Below, in pieces: positions 24,589 to 37,810 of a stretch of 63,244 nt of DNA. The position numbers and the translations under genes are program-made. Under the pieces are notes generated by a model. The model was not told where the DNA came from and searched no databases. It worked only from the letters and a program-made list of their open reading frames with translations. Numbering within the stretch: position 1 is the stretch's first letter; every line of letters starts with the position of its first letter. Source of the DNA: Aplysia californica (lineage: Eukaryota); contig NW_004797498.1 in NCBI RefSeq assembly GCF_000002075.1, positions 473,904-537,147 on the forward strand, written 5' to 3'.

Positions 24589-27500
24589 TAGTCCGAGCGC
24601 CAGATGAAAAAGCTTGTTTTGCGTCATAAAGTTTTTTTCTTTGGTGATTCTAACAGAGTTTTCATTGCTGATTTCAAATCTAATGGGGGCCAAATGCTAG
24701 ACTTTGGGCATTTTTGTTTAAAAGTGAAAATCCAAGATGGCCGCTAAAGAATTTCGAGTAAAAAATGTTGTGAGGGATATCATGCATTTAAAGACATTGA
24801 AATGTACAAACTTAATTAAATAGCATTCACTGTGGCAAAAGTAACCACTCTTGATGAAATACACTTCAAATATTCGATAAAATGACAACTTCAAAGAAAA
24901 CAAGATGGCTGCCATATAATTTTCATAAATGTGCTGATCCACAATACACTTGAAATCGTCGCATTAAAATCACAACCTCGCATGGATAAGTCCTNNNNNN
25001 NNNNNNNNNNNNNNNNNNNNNNNNNNNNNNNNNNNNNNNNNNNNNNNNNNNNNNNNNNNNNNNNNNNNNNNNNNNNNNNNNNNNNNNNNNNNNNNNNNNN
25101 NNNNNNNNNNNNNNNNNNNNNNNNNNNNNNNNNNNNNNNNNNNNNNNNNNNNNNNNNNNNAGTATTTAATCAAAAACGTGTGGATGCAGGCGCTGCATGG
25201 ATCGGAGATAGTAAAGACAGTAGAGAGCATAGTTGACGTTCCAGGCTCAAAGATGTTGGGGAACATCTTTTCCACAGCAAACAAGGGAAGAGTCCAGTCA
25301 GCTTCTCTCTTAGCCCGAACAAAGGCCATCACAATGAACACTGGGTCAAGGAGCACTCAACCCAAAGTCTTGTGGTTTTGCTCTGGGTGCTTTTGGTGAC
25401 GAGACATTGCGCGAGTGCAGCCATGGTGTGCACGTTCGTTTTGGGGAGAATGGGTCGCAGTAACTACTCAACAAGGAGTCTCAATGCTTTTACATTTTGT
25501 GGGTATTTTTTCCGGGTCAACATTTTTGGCACCCCCTCCAAATGCAGAGCCAAGTATGTCTTCAATGCCACTTCCTCCCATCAGGTATCCCACAGCACTA
25601 ACAAAACTCCTCAGCATGTACATACCACCAATTTTTGGGATGAACTTCTGAAACTGTTCCTTGTCAACCCATGTGATGTGGACAAGTTCTTTGTACAGCT
25701 GGTAGTCACTGGTGAATATTGTCCATCCATGACCAGTGAGCTGTGTCAGACCATTGGCTTCAACCATTGCTGTCTTCACGGTGTCTGGCTCAGATGGGAT
25801 AATGTCCATGAATGGGCTGTTCATAACATCTGTCTTTGGTTGGGGTTGTTGTTCTGCACTGCTCAGGTCTTGCATCTTCGCCGAGTGTCTGTTTAAAAAA
25901 TGTCAGATCTTGAGTTGCAGTTCTATTCAGAGAAGCCTATCGTGTGGCAAGAAAGACCAGAGATGAGACATGTCGCAGGCTCAGTTCTTCCGGCATAGAT
26001 CTAAGTGGTTTCGTGTTTCCTGTGTACCGTTGAACTGCAACGTCACCAAGTGTCAGATTATCGGACTTGGTTTCTGTTTTGCTGAGACGCCTGATGGCTG
26101 GAATATCTTGCATTTCCCACACCTGCTCTGACTTCTGCGTGTTGGCTTGTGCCAGTATCTTTGCTGAGCCGTGCGTTGATTTCTGACCTTTTGGAGATGA
26201 TATCTGCGTGTCAAAGTTGTCAGCTACAACTTGAACAATTCCATGTTTACTGTCAAAGTAGGCCAGTCCTCTTGGAACAGATGCCATAGCAACAGTAGCT
26301 GAACACCGAAAGCGCCTTAGTTCGTCGCATGAGGTGGTGATTCCATACGTGTGAAGCTCGTCTATAAATGTCCTCTGTCGACTCAAAAGAACACAAAATC
26401 CAAGTTGCAAGTTTGTGAAAGAGTTGCTGACTGTACTCGTAACAGTGTGACCGATCATTGCTGCTGGCAGTGTAGAATCCAGTTGGGGTCTTTGGCTGCA
26501 AGGACTGATAGCAAAGGCTGCACTCATTCATGACAAATCCCCTGGGCAGACGAGTTGGGGACGTATGGCGATTGTGCTTTGGACATTCTGCTTTGATCAC
26601 ACTAACCAAGCATGATATGGCTCGTCCATTGCAGTCTCCTTCATCATTTACAATACGCATCTAGACTAAACCCGTGCTCCTGAAGAAGAGGATGGAAGCC
26701 ACACCTGGTGAGACAGGATCAGCAATTTTGGATGTAACTTCTCAGATACATGGTTAAAGAGTGTACGTCGTGATTTGTCTTCCTCCCCATCCCCCCCCCC
26801 CCCCCCAGTTCAATATAACGTTCATGGACTTCCACACTATTCCACATTCGTGATTTGTTTCATCGAATGTCGTCAACCAGCATACCGCAGACATAGTCAT
26901 GCTTTGTAGGTGAGCTAGTTGATTGCGTTGGATAGTTTGTGTAGAACCAGGAGTGGCAGTCTCTCTGATACCTAGCGTCTGCTAAATCACTGACTGTTGA
27001 TGACACACGGAAGCTGACATCCATTCCCCATTTGTCCCCACGTTCCTTGGCACGTTTTTTGTAGTTCTTCTTTGGTGATCTTCCTCTCTTTCTCCTCTCC
27101 AGTTCGGCATAAATTAATAAGTAGGCTTTTTCCAACGACCTGGGTGTTTTCGGGAGTATCAGTGAGCATGCTTCTCCACCAAAAAAACAATGTTCGTGAA
27201 AATGAAACGAACTTGTACAGCCCCTATGACGTTTGAGTTCTTCTTCAGAAAGTTCCTCAGTCTTTTGCTTTAGTAAAAATCGCTTAATATGGTTTCTGGA
27301 ACAATGTGTGCTCACACAGTTCTTGTGACGCAGTATAAACTCAGCATCATCTGAAAGTCTCTGACTGAGTCCATCATCTAGTTGCCAGCTTACTTCCAGT
27401 AGACCACCAGTCCGTCTCGATTTGATCAGCGGTGGGTTCTTTATCGCATCCGTATGAGTTTAAAAGTAATTGAAAGAGACACTGTGTGTATACATGTGCA

Positions 27501-28187
27501 TGTTGCATGAACCAGCCTGATCGCATCACGTCCTCGTGGTGACGTAGCGGTTTCCTACATTCTTTGTTTCTACGGAGGTGTGGTGTGACGAAGCACTGTC
27601 TGCCAATGTCTCCTTCCTTTGCTAGCTGAGTCCATATTACAGCAGGCCGTGCGGTGCACCTTTCGGTGCATCCTGTGACATCATGGCGAGAGGAGCTATT
27701 AGTGTTACGCCTAGTACCCTCGCGCGAATCTTGGTCGACTCGTACATGGTATAGAGGTGGGTAAAATCCGGATAACCGGATAATTCTCAATGAAATAGAA
27801 TCTGAATTCAGACTCTAAACTCTCTTTCCTGACCCGTTTGCCGCAGTGAGTGTACCCATTTGTTGATGAAATAATGCTAACCTGTTTATTTAAGAGATTT
27901 TGCCGAAGCGGTTCATAACATATTATTTGCCGAAGAGGTGTACTAACATATTATCAATATTTTGGTAAAGCGACTCATAGCCCAGCCCTAGTCGCTCTTT
28001 CATCATTCTTACATGATACGGATTGGTGTATTTCAACCAGCAGAAAAAAAGTATGCCCATAAGATACAAGTTGGCCCCCGACTGATATGAAGTCTAGAGA
28101 CCCCGAGGAAGCAGAATCACCAAAGAAAAAAACTTTATGATGAAAAACAAGGTTCTAGTACTTTATATAGACCCGGCTCTCGGACTA
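24589..28187 (-). mobile_element. Degenerate Academ (AcademX-like) DNA transposon
   Basis: Termini TAGTCCGAG...CTCGGACTA with a further ~40-bp inverted match and ATA on both flanks. Frameshifted minus-strand fragments: RGDKW..DL.DARYQRDC, VVADNFD..STHG, FTSDYQLY..IGGMYML, FVRAKREADW. Confidence 0.7.
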
Positions 28188-30718
28188 ATAGTGTCAAATC
28201 TGGCTACAGCCCACGTGTGCGTGATCGGCAGAAGTGTACATGTACTGCAGCTATCTTTGACGGGGAAAACTTGAAACCATTAGTATTTGCCCACTTTGCA
28301 AGCTTATACAGCTGCGTTTACAGCTGCTTTTCCTTAGATCCTTATATCTTAGTTAAGGTGGTTTTTTTTGGAACGACAGCATATCAGAAACGCCTTTTAC
28401 TTTCATGTTCATTAAAAAAACCACATTTATGCGGGGATAAAAAAAAATTAGAATACGGTGATCTAAGGCGCGCGCGAACACACACACACACACACATGTA
28501 AATTTGCAGTTTCAAAGTACTCTCAAGTTTTGAGAGTCATCAAACTGTGGTGGCTTTTTCCTGACTAATTTTACGTCTGACACCAGGCAACGGCAGCCTC
28601 CTTCCATTGCAAATATTACAACTTCTTCTCAAGATAAATTATGAGTACATGTATGTTTTTCCACTGATAGCCTTTCAGATCAACATTAACTAACTTCAAT
28701 TTGATACCGATAACTCCAAATGTCAAAAAATTGACAAGCGCCAGATTCCAGCTCATCGTGACAAATATTAGGCTACAGCAAAACCTATGCTCAACATTTT
28801 TCAAGACGGCCACCTACTGCCAAGGAGAAAAGTGGTTGCCTTAGACAGGTGTGCGTCTTGGACAGTGTCTTTATTTATAATAAAAAGGGAAAAAAACCTC
28901 AAAGTGGGAAGTGGTTTTTGTTTTGTTTCTTTGAGTAAAGGGAAGCACATCGACACTATAACAATAATAGTCACTTTGTTTTGACTTAGTTCTGGGAAAA
29001 AGTAAGGCAGACAGATAGAAACAAGAGAGGGAAAGTAAAGAAGTACTGTAGTCTCCGCCTTAGTGTACGGTGCTCTGGAGGGCTCCAAAGCGTGCGTTTA
29101 TGATAACCAGTGCAAAGGGGGCAAGGGATGAAACTATCACAGTTTCTTGATATTTTAGCGACCTACCTTGGGGAGTTGGGGGGGGTGTCACTTTCACCGA
29201 TAATGAGACGAAACTTGACTGTTTTATAAAGAATTCCCCGGTAGCAGTTATGGCTACAAAGGCGTTGAATATCAGTACACTAACTAACCATGTCTGGAAC
29301 AGGAAGGAGGAGGAGACTGTTGGCGATACGTGGCAGGGGATATTGCTCAGCCACGCGGCTGTCCAGGCGACCACTATCGACTGCCTGTCATGTATTGCTT
29401 GCATGTCGGTAAAAGTAAAAACATGGATGAACTCAGACTTTCTGAGAAACTTCTTCTCTAGTAATTCGTGAAACAAGTACATAATATTTTAAGTTCTTCG
29501 ACCGCATCTGTTCGCTTGACTAATCCTAATGGCCAATTCAGGCATATATGGTGCATCATTATTTAGTCAGCCCTATGAATAATATGCATTGGGCTGACTA
29601 AATATTAGTATTATTAGTATTACAGTCCCCCAAACACCAGTGAGAAACTTTCTCTCAAAGATGCATTTCGAGTGACAAATCACAAGCCATATCAGTACAA
29701 TACCGCTCACCCACTCCCTGGGCCTATGATGAGTCCGTGGACAGTTGAGTGTGAAAACGCTGAACATCACTCTTTGTTCTGCGTGAGGGCAGTCTTGCGA
29801 AATACATTATCTGTTTGTCAAGACTTTGCCCTCTATGCAAACTGTGTAAGTCTCAGCGAAAATTTCCCTTTGTCAAGTTTAATCTGTAGCCATGTTTTGT
29901 AGACTGCGAGGTGTTCGTTAAGGTGACCCTTTGTTTGTACGTGTCTATCTAAATCATAGAATCTAATTATATGGTAAAAACCAAAAAAACAAACCCATTT
30001 TTAGTAATCCAGTCTTCACAAAAAGTTAAAGACCAGTCAGGATAATAGGTAGTATTTTCAAAAAGATCATTAATAAAAAGTAATCAGATTTAACTCGTAA
30101 AATTATTCGGAAGCAAGGCTAACGGGTCAATAGTAAATACGCCAACCACTGTGTGGGTGGCACATGCGCATCATGCGGCATGCTTGGCGCGTGTGAAAAT
30201 TTGCAATTTCGGCAAAAGCTGGACTGAGTTTCAAACGTCAGTGAGCGATACCTGGGGCTTTCTGCAAGGCAAAAGCGAGATACAAGTGGAAGAATGCACC
30301 TCTGCTCTGGCTACGAACTGTGCTCACATGTCTGCCTACGTAAGCCGACGTTTCATATCTGTTTTACAGTATTACCGCGCCAAGCCACATTCCACTACGA
30401 CAAAAGTTGAACGACTTCGACAGGATCCGGGCAATTGCCACGTTGCAGGATGGAGTTGGCGTACGCGAAGTGTCAAGCAGACTTCAGGTATCACACTCCA
30501 CCATCATACAGCTGAGGCAGCGGTTGGCGGTGACAGGAAGAGTCCAAGAGCGGCGTCGCACGGGTCGTCCCAAGAAAACGACAGCAAGAGAGGACCGCTA
30601 CATCCAACGCCAAGCCACACAGCAGCGGACTAGCTCTGCCAGCATCAACATGCGACATCTGCGAAACTCCTTGGTTCGCAGACAACCTTCTTGCGCGTCG
30701 TCCAGTCAGAACACCTAA

Positions 30719-30860
30719 TACGGGGTGTCCACTACGGATGGGATCGGCCGACCGGGCCGATCCCCCGATTCTGTCGCCTCAAAAACAAACGTGTTTGTTT
30801 TCAGTTTCAGGCGATCGAGTCGGGCGATCGGCCCGATCCAGCCGTAGTGGGCACCCCGTA
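30719..30860. mobile_element. Palindromic PIF/Harbinger-type MITE inside the Tc1 transposase
   Basis: TIR TACGGGGTG(T/C)CCACTACGG with TAA on both sides; removing it restores RPVRTPKLTQNQRANRQIW. Confidence 0.75.
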
Positions 30861-30940
30861 TAAGTTGACCCAGAACCAGCGAGCCAACCGTCAAATCTGG
30901 AGCACTGAACACCAGAGGTGTACACGTGCTCAGTGGACAG

Positions 30941-32333
30941 TAGGGCTGGATTCTGCTCGGTTAATCGAAGGCTTGCAAAGCAGCGGACGGCTTGCGCTAG
31001 AGGCTTGCGAGCAGGCTTGTGATTTGATTTGCCTCCCGCTTGCTATCGGAGGGAACTTCCGGTGAGTTGTGACTCGCGGACAGTCCTGCTGTACTGTGTT
31101 GTGACGTTGCGAACTCTCATGGCTGTGGGCTCAGTACATATTACAGAAGATTCTCTGGTTACTTGCGTTGAGAGGCTTGCGCCAAAAGTGCAAGATCGTT
31201 TTTTTTTCATAGTTCGGTTGTAAAAAACAAAAAGCTCTATTCAATGCACTTAAAAATTTATATCGGATCTGCTATTCTTACGATGTTAAGGCCTGTTTAT
31301 TTTTAATGTGCACGAGCCAAGCACTTCATCGTCGCACGCAAAAGACCTCAGTTCGATTCCCGTATGGGGAGAAATTTTTACTGAGAACCTCCGTCTTTCT
31401 GCTGGGGCGTTGTTCCCTCTCAGCCCAGGTTGGCCCTGACATTGGGTTGAAGTACGCCTAGCCCGTCTCCTAAATGTTCTGTATTATGTCACTGTGAGTG
31501 TAACACATCTACAAAATAGGTTACATACATACGATACAAAAGCCAATCACAACGACCCCTGGAGTTTTCCATTTTAGGGTAATCTAAGTCTACTTATTAT
31601 TATTACTACCAGAAACCTAGGTCTCTGTTACTACAATACCATGCTCCCTCTCACTTATCCACTCGCTTAGCTGATCAACGGCTGGAAGATAAAAATAACT
31701 TAAGCTCTCTACGTCTTGCACCAAAACAAGCCCAGCCTCTCCCTTCCTCCACGGTTCAAAGTTCACACAGCGAGCAGTACTGCTGTTTGAACACATCGAG
31801 CGGTCCTGCAGCCATCGAGCGGTCCTGCGGCTTGCCGCTAGCTCGCTCTATCGAGACAGCACAAGTCAGCAGGTCAGGTTTCGAGCTTGTTCTGGGACAA
31901 TTCACTTGGCCTAGCGCAAATCAGTACTGTTTGAACGTGGGACTTGTGGCTGCGGACGGGATTTGAGACTTGAGGGGTGTCCGCTGCTTTGCGCAGGCCT
32001 TCGATTAATCGAGCAAAGTACAGCGCCACGCCGCCCAGTGACACTGTGGGCGGGATCTCTCACTCTCCCCCCTCTCTCTTTTTCTGACGTAAGTGGCTTC
32101 GCGGATTGCAAGCAGAGGGGGGATGATGAGGGGGTCTGACACGAGTGGCTTCACAGATTGCTAGTTGCTGTGGACTTGAAGTTTAGACTAGACCAAGGAG
32201 GTTACAGTTTGCGCTAGACTCCTCTTATCATGCTGGTGATTTGATTTGATGATTTGACCTAGTGATTTGAGGCTTGTGACTTGAACTAGGGGCTTGCGAG
32301 CACGAGCGGGTTTGCTACCGGGGTACAGCCTTA
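30941..32333. mobile_element. Non-autonomous hAT element inside the Tc1 transposase
   Basis: Termini TAGGGCTG...CAGCCTTA; perfect 8-bp TSD GTGGACAG at 30933-30940 and 32334-32341. Confidence 0.8.
31320..31480 (+). mobile_element. tRNA-derived SINE nested in the hAT element
   Basis: B-box GTTCGATTCC; homologous to 2014-2192. Confidence 0.6.
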
Positions 32334-33669
32334 GTGGACAGAGGTCCTGTTCACTGGTGAATCTCGGTTCTGTCTGACACCCATTGATGGCCGAACCTGC
32401 ATCTGGAGGCGTCCACGGGAGCAGCTTGCTGCCAATGCAATTCGAGAGTGGTTCCATTTGATAGCGGCTCCATTATGGTTTGGAGGAAATTAGCAGGCAT
32501 GACAGACCCCCAACCCCCTCCCCTCTTTACCATTACCATGTCGACGGTATCCTGACAGGGCAGCGGTATCTGCAAAAGATCCTTCGACCTCTGGTCGTCC
32601 CTGCGCTGCAGCAGATTGGGCCTGCTGCTCTCCTTCAGAACGACAACGCCACGCCGCACAGGTTCAAGGCTGTTAAAGCCTCCTTGCAGACCTCAATCCT
32701 ATTGAACAGTTGTGGGCTGACTTCATTCGGAAAACCATACTTTGCCTGCCAACTGAGAGCAGCTGCTTGGATGGCTGCAACAAGAATGCAACAACATTCC
32801 CCAGGCCTTTCCTGCACGCCTGATCAACTCTATACGCCAGCGGTGCCTTGATTGCCTTGCCGTGATTGGTAGGCACACACGCTTCTGGCAGTTAATTCCA
32901 TTGACATTCACGAGCTGAAACGGGTCGTTTTCTTTGATATTGCTGAGACTTTTTGAGACCATTTCTTTTGTGCTTTTCAATTTTGAGGGTGGGTCCCTTT
33001 TCTGTCCCCATAGAATTATGCAAATTTAGACAGCCAAATTATGCACACAAAAAAGCCAAACCTGTCAAACATGAAACATCAGCAGACATGAGAACAACTT
33101 TTGATGGATTGAAAAATTGAACCTGCTCAAAGAAAAAAATCCCAACCCATAACCAAGATCTTTTGACAAGGGAAATAACCAGCTTTTCACATAAATGAGA
33201 CTTATTACCGTGATTATTTCCCTCTAGTCACATGACGAGGCGTTAATTAATTGTTTTGTGGAAAAAAAAAAGAATAAAAACGTGAAAAAAATCGGGGAAT
33301 CCAAAATTATGCAAATGTTGCAGAATTACGCCGCGGCCGCACTGTCGCATAATCCTACGGGACAGCCTTTTGAGCACTGGGAATTACGCATTTTGGTTTC
33401 GATTGTGATGAAATTTCTTTTTTCCACTCATGGATTGATGAATTAAATGTAAGTCAAAGGAAGAACAATATTTTGATTTGCTGGTTTTTATTTTGCCTGC
33501 ACTTTTGCATGTGGTCCTTAACTTTTTGTGAAGACTGTATGACGAAAGCATGCGTATGAGTGAAGCATGCCTTTGTATTGCCTGCGTTTAGGTGGAGACT
33601 ATAACTGCAGGACCTACCAGAAAAACCTTCAAACTACCCACGTGGCTGTATGTGATTGTCTTTTTTTAA

Positions 33670-34330
33670 AGTTTGTTTTAGTAGAGGTTTTACGGCGCTC
33701 GCAACTGCATAAGGTCATATGAGCGCCAAGGGATGGACATAAACAGAAAAGTCCTTACAGTTACAGGGAATCAGTAGTCAGTATCAAGCCGGTCCCAGAG
33801 TAGCTCTGTAGGTCTGACCTGTACAAGTAGCTCGCAAAGCGCACGCCGTCTGCGTGTCAGCACAGCCGCACTGTGCATAATCCAACGGGGACAGACTAGG
33901 TCAACCTCTCGATTCGAAATTTTAATATAGGATAAGGTGCATTTCTTGGGATTTTGTGGTCAAGTGTTGATGCTAATATCAATATCTAACAGTAAAGCAC
34001 CTAATAATACTTACTTCTTGCTGATTTTGATGATCTGTGAAGAATTTCAGTCGAAAATAAACACGAAGCGAGGTTGCGTGCGACACATGTCCGACGTGTT
34101 TTACAACACTGTTGAATACTCAGAATAGCACGTCTGACTCGTCGAGCAGCTCAGTGGACAACAGACAGACCATACAGCGACGCTGCCCAGGCACACGATG
34201 ATGTATACGTTCATTTGCACAGTGTGAGCTTAAGGTCAGACATACAGAGCCACTTTGGGACCGGCCTTACTCTGCTCACCTCTCTAGCTTCAACAGTATA
34301 AAGTCTGCTTCGACTATCAAGGCACCCCGG
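33670..34330 (-). repeat. Interspersed retroelement-tail repeat
   Basis: Both ends match 45810-45960, which lacks the ~480-bp middle. Confidence 0.55.
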
Positions 34331-34538
34331 ATCCTTCCTACCAGACGATCAGGGGTGTGGCTGAAAGACAGCAGTGAGATCGTGAAGGAGCTAAGGAGTA
34401 GCCGTAGAAAGGCTGTAGAAAGAGTCAGAAGCCCAGAGGAGGGGGCCCTGTTGTATAGCCTCGACTGCCCAACGCATTTTTAAGCATGATTCTGTTGTCC
34501 AATCTGTGTTTGAAAAGTGTCTTTTTGTTGGTGATATA

Positions 34539-34729
34539 CAGTGGAAACCATATATATATATATATATAACAGGCCCGGTAATAACAGGGATTTTCTAAAT
34601 CCCAGTCTTTTCTTACTCTTTGTCTCTATTAAAAGTTAGGGTCCCTAAAAGTTATCGGCAATAACAGGGCCTCATCGGAGCCCAATCGGTTATAAGCAGG
34701 GACAAAGGCTCGTTAACAATGTGTAAAAA

Positions 34730-34813
<84 letters not shown>

Positions 34814-35319
34814 AAGCCCACGCAGCGGGGGAAGTGAGGGAGGGCTGTAGTGTGCTGCAGACTTCGATCTAGCCCACAGAATTCTACACTTAGTGTAGAA
34901 TTCTGTGTTCTAGCCCTAAGCCTAGCTCCAAGCGCGCGTGGCCTGCCACATGACCAAAACCCTTGTTCGTAGGTACTTCTAGCAAGTGAAACGTTCCATT
35001 AATAAATACAGCTGAATGTGTCCACAAATCCTCACTTCCTTACTTCCCTTGCATTTCTGATTTAACAGGGATCTGATATAACAAGACTTTTTCTATGGTC
35101 CCATCATCCCTGTTATATCTGTCCCCGTCGTTTTATGCAACGAAAATTCTGAAATTATTCAAATTGAGCACAAAAAAAAGTGAAATTATGCGATTCTGTT
35201 AATTTCAACAAAGAATGATAAAGGAAAATTATAAACAAATTATGCAAAAAATGATCAAATTTAGTTTAGTTATGCGGGGTGCATAAAACCACGCGGACAG
35301 TTATATCGGGTTTCCACTG
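34539..35319. mobile_element. pogo/Tigger-like MITE
   Basis: TA-CAGTGGAAACC...GGTTTCCACTG-TA. Confidence 0.75.
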
Positions 35320-35633
35320 TACATGTACATAGTAAGTACATGTACATAGTAAGTAATGGAGTAGCCAACCAATGGGTGTTGTGCGCCGTGTGCAATTGTA
35401 CCCCTTGCGGTATGGCGGGGCGGTACAATGAGGTTTGACTGGATACGTATTACTCAAGAACTTTTAAAGGCAATGAAAAAGATTCATAAATAAATATCGA
35501 ATGGTCCCTTGGCTACAACAGAATCGCCGGGACTGACGTAATGTCTCTCTAAAGTTAGAGCTGAATGATGACTCCCGTTATGAAAGGGCATCACATGATA
35601 CACTGTTACTGTAACTAATACTAATAAATAGTA

Positions 35634-36437
35634 CAGTGGAGTCCACTTATAACGAGTCCGGGAAAAAAGAGAAGTCTGTTATAAAGACATTATTCTAAAA
35701 CCCCGTTTTTTTGTCTTCTTTACCTTTGTAATTAAAATACTGCTATAGCGCAATCAGACAAACATGCGAGTCGGTTATAGCGGAATATTGCTGCTGCTGT
35801 GCACAGTGCATAGGCCAATTATACATAATTAAAAAACCTCGCCAGTTGAGAAACTTGTTGGTGATCTAGCGAAACAAAGAAAGGAGAGCCAATGTGTGTC
35901 AACAATGAAGGCCAGAGCGACTGAGTAGGGAGGGTGTGGCATGCGCAGAGAAGCAGAACGCCTTGCGTGATAGGCCAGTGTAAGCCTAGTTTAGATCATC
36001 AAGGCCAGCCATGCCTCTCACTTCTCCGATGCGGGGATGGAGAGGTCACAGCAATGTGATGGATGGAGCGAATGTGTGACGTGCGCAAGCTGACGGAATG
36101 CACCACAGGGTGTGGTGGGGTGGGGGAAAACACAGTGGGCGAGTTAGCCGAGAGCTCTTTCTTTCTGATCGCCAACGCTGAGCTGTCAGTCAACATCGCT
36201 AGATCTAGCGCTAGAGAAAGAAACCTGATTCGATGTTTGATCAAGTAAGACCCAAAGGTCATGTTGAAACCAAATCATCATCAGGGGAGATATCAAAAGG
36301 ATATAAACAGAACCGCAAAATCATAGGTTTGGCCTATTTTAGTTTCCCTTGAATTTATTACTGGATCCCTATAGCGAGAATCCTGCTATAACATTTTGCT
36401 CCGATCCTCTCCCTCTCGTTATAACAGGATTCCACTG
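35634..36437. mobile_element. pogo/Tigger-like MITE
   Basis: TA-CAGTGGAGTCCACTTATAACGAG...CTCGTTATAACAGGATTCCACTG-TA. Confidence 0.8.
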
Positions 36438-36679
36438 TATAACTAATGGGACCGTTTTTATTACGGTACATAGATTACCCACTGCCACTACCAATTTATC
36501 ATTTATTGCCACTTTCTTTTCCAGTTACATTCGCCCCCTCCTCATCTTCCATTTTCTTTCTACAGAGTACAAGTACCTTAGTCTCGTGGAAGTCCACTAC
36601 GGCACACAAATAATGTTGCGCTTATTTAGCGCCCCCCGTGTTCTACAACAGGGTCTATGCGTTGTACAACTATGCGTAA

Positions 36680-37108
36680 GAGACCGTTCACAAATGACAA
36701 TCATCAGCTAAAATTTGGCAAAAAATGACCCCGCCTCCCCCCTTGTCATCTTCCCCAGGATCACCCGCCCCCCTCCCCCAAGTAGACGTCAACTAAAAGT
36801 AAGGTACGTTTAGTCTAGATAGAACCTGTTCTAATCAGGTCAAAGCAGACTGTGTTGCGGGGAGACGGCTAATTTTAGTTTTTAGGCCAAAAAAATAATA
36901 CGGTCCAATTTTAACTGTTAATTTTAGGCAAAGAAAATGGGATCTACATGTATTTTTTAATGTTTCTTCTTTTCTCTCTCCCCCCCCCCCCCAAAAAAAA
37001 AAGCAACAAAAACCAAACCAACAATGAGCATCATGGTTGACGTCAACTTTGTAAGGACCCCTCCCCTCTCACTCTCTCTCTGAGCTGACTTCTTTTGTGA
37101 ACGGTCCC
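36680..37108. mobile_element. PIF/Harbinger MITE
   Basis: TAA-G(A/G)GACCGTTCACAAA...TTTGTGAACGGTCCC-TAA; a related left end lies at ~51955-52045. Confidence 0.75.
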
Positions 37109-37639
37109 TAATCAAACAGCTGCCACAGTTGGGAAAACGAACAAAGTAGATCAAAAACCCAGTGCCTACTTTTCATTATGTTCCCATTACATAATAATAC
37201 AACAAACAAAGTTCAAATGTTTCGTCACCCCACGGGGAGACGTGACGATGTGGTGGCAGAACAAGGTCACCCTAAGACACTTGAGTCACTGACTAGAAAA
37301 TCTGGATCAACAGCCGTAGGGTGTAGTATCTTTGACCGAAGTGCATTCCCCTCCTCCATGCCCTGCATTCATGGTATGTATGACACAATATGTGTGAAAT
37401 CTACACAACCAATTTAAACCGTTTGAGGATTAAGTGAGGTAGAATTCGCCATGGGTGCCGTTTTACTTTTTTAAAATATTTTTTTTTTTACTTCATTTGT
37501 TTTTAATGCTTTCTTGTCCATTCCATTCGATTTAGAATCTTTGTCAAAGGTTAGACCACGACAAGTATCATTATAGCCCAGCATGCCTATTCTGAATGCC
37601 TGGCTAGCGATTATTTCATTAAATTATATTTTTGTTTGT

Positions 37640-37810
37640 AAAGTTAAAGCGTTTCATGACGCTCGCAACTGCACAAGGTCACATGAGCGGGCGGGACACA
37701 TTTTCAGTCGGTGGGAAATTTTGCCCGGGTGGCGGCAGAAGCCTACTCTTAATACTCTTATCGATTTTGGACCACTCAGGGATCTTTAGAAGCTCAACTT
37801 GCACACGAGA
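37640..37810 (-). mobile_element. SINE copy (same family as 9620-9810)
   Basis: Reverse-complement similarity, including gggatcttta, atcgattttggaccac and gaagcctactc. Confidence 0.5.

Larger units (their letters stand above)
30010..33537 (+). mobile_element. Full-length but inactivated Tc1-family transposon
   Basis: 26-bp TIRs CAGTCTTCACAAAAAGTTAA(A/G)GACCA with one mismatch. HTH region with GRPKKTT.REDR (30407-30650); catalytic region VLFTGESRF..DGR..WRR, IMVW, LQNDNATPHR (32345-32660). Split by two insertions. Confidence 0.88.

Noticed and set aside
31330-31365. tRNA-like B-box
   Set aside because: No complete cloverleaf; it is the head of a SINE with a second copy at 2014-2192.
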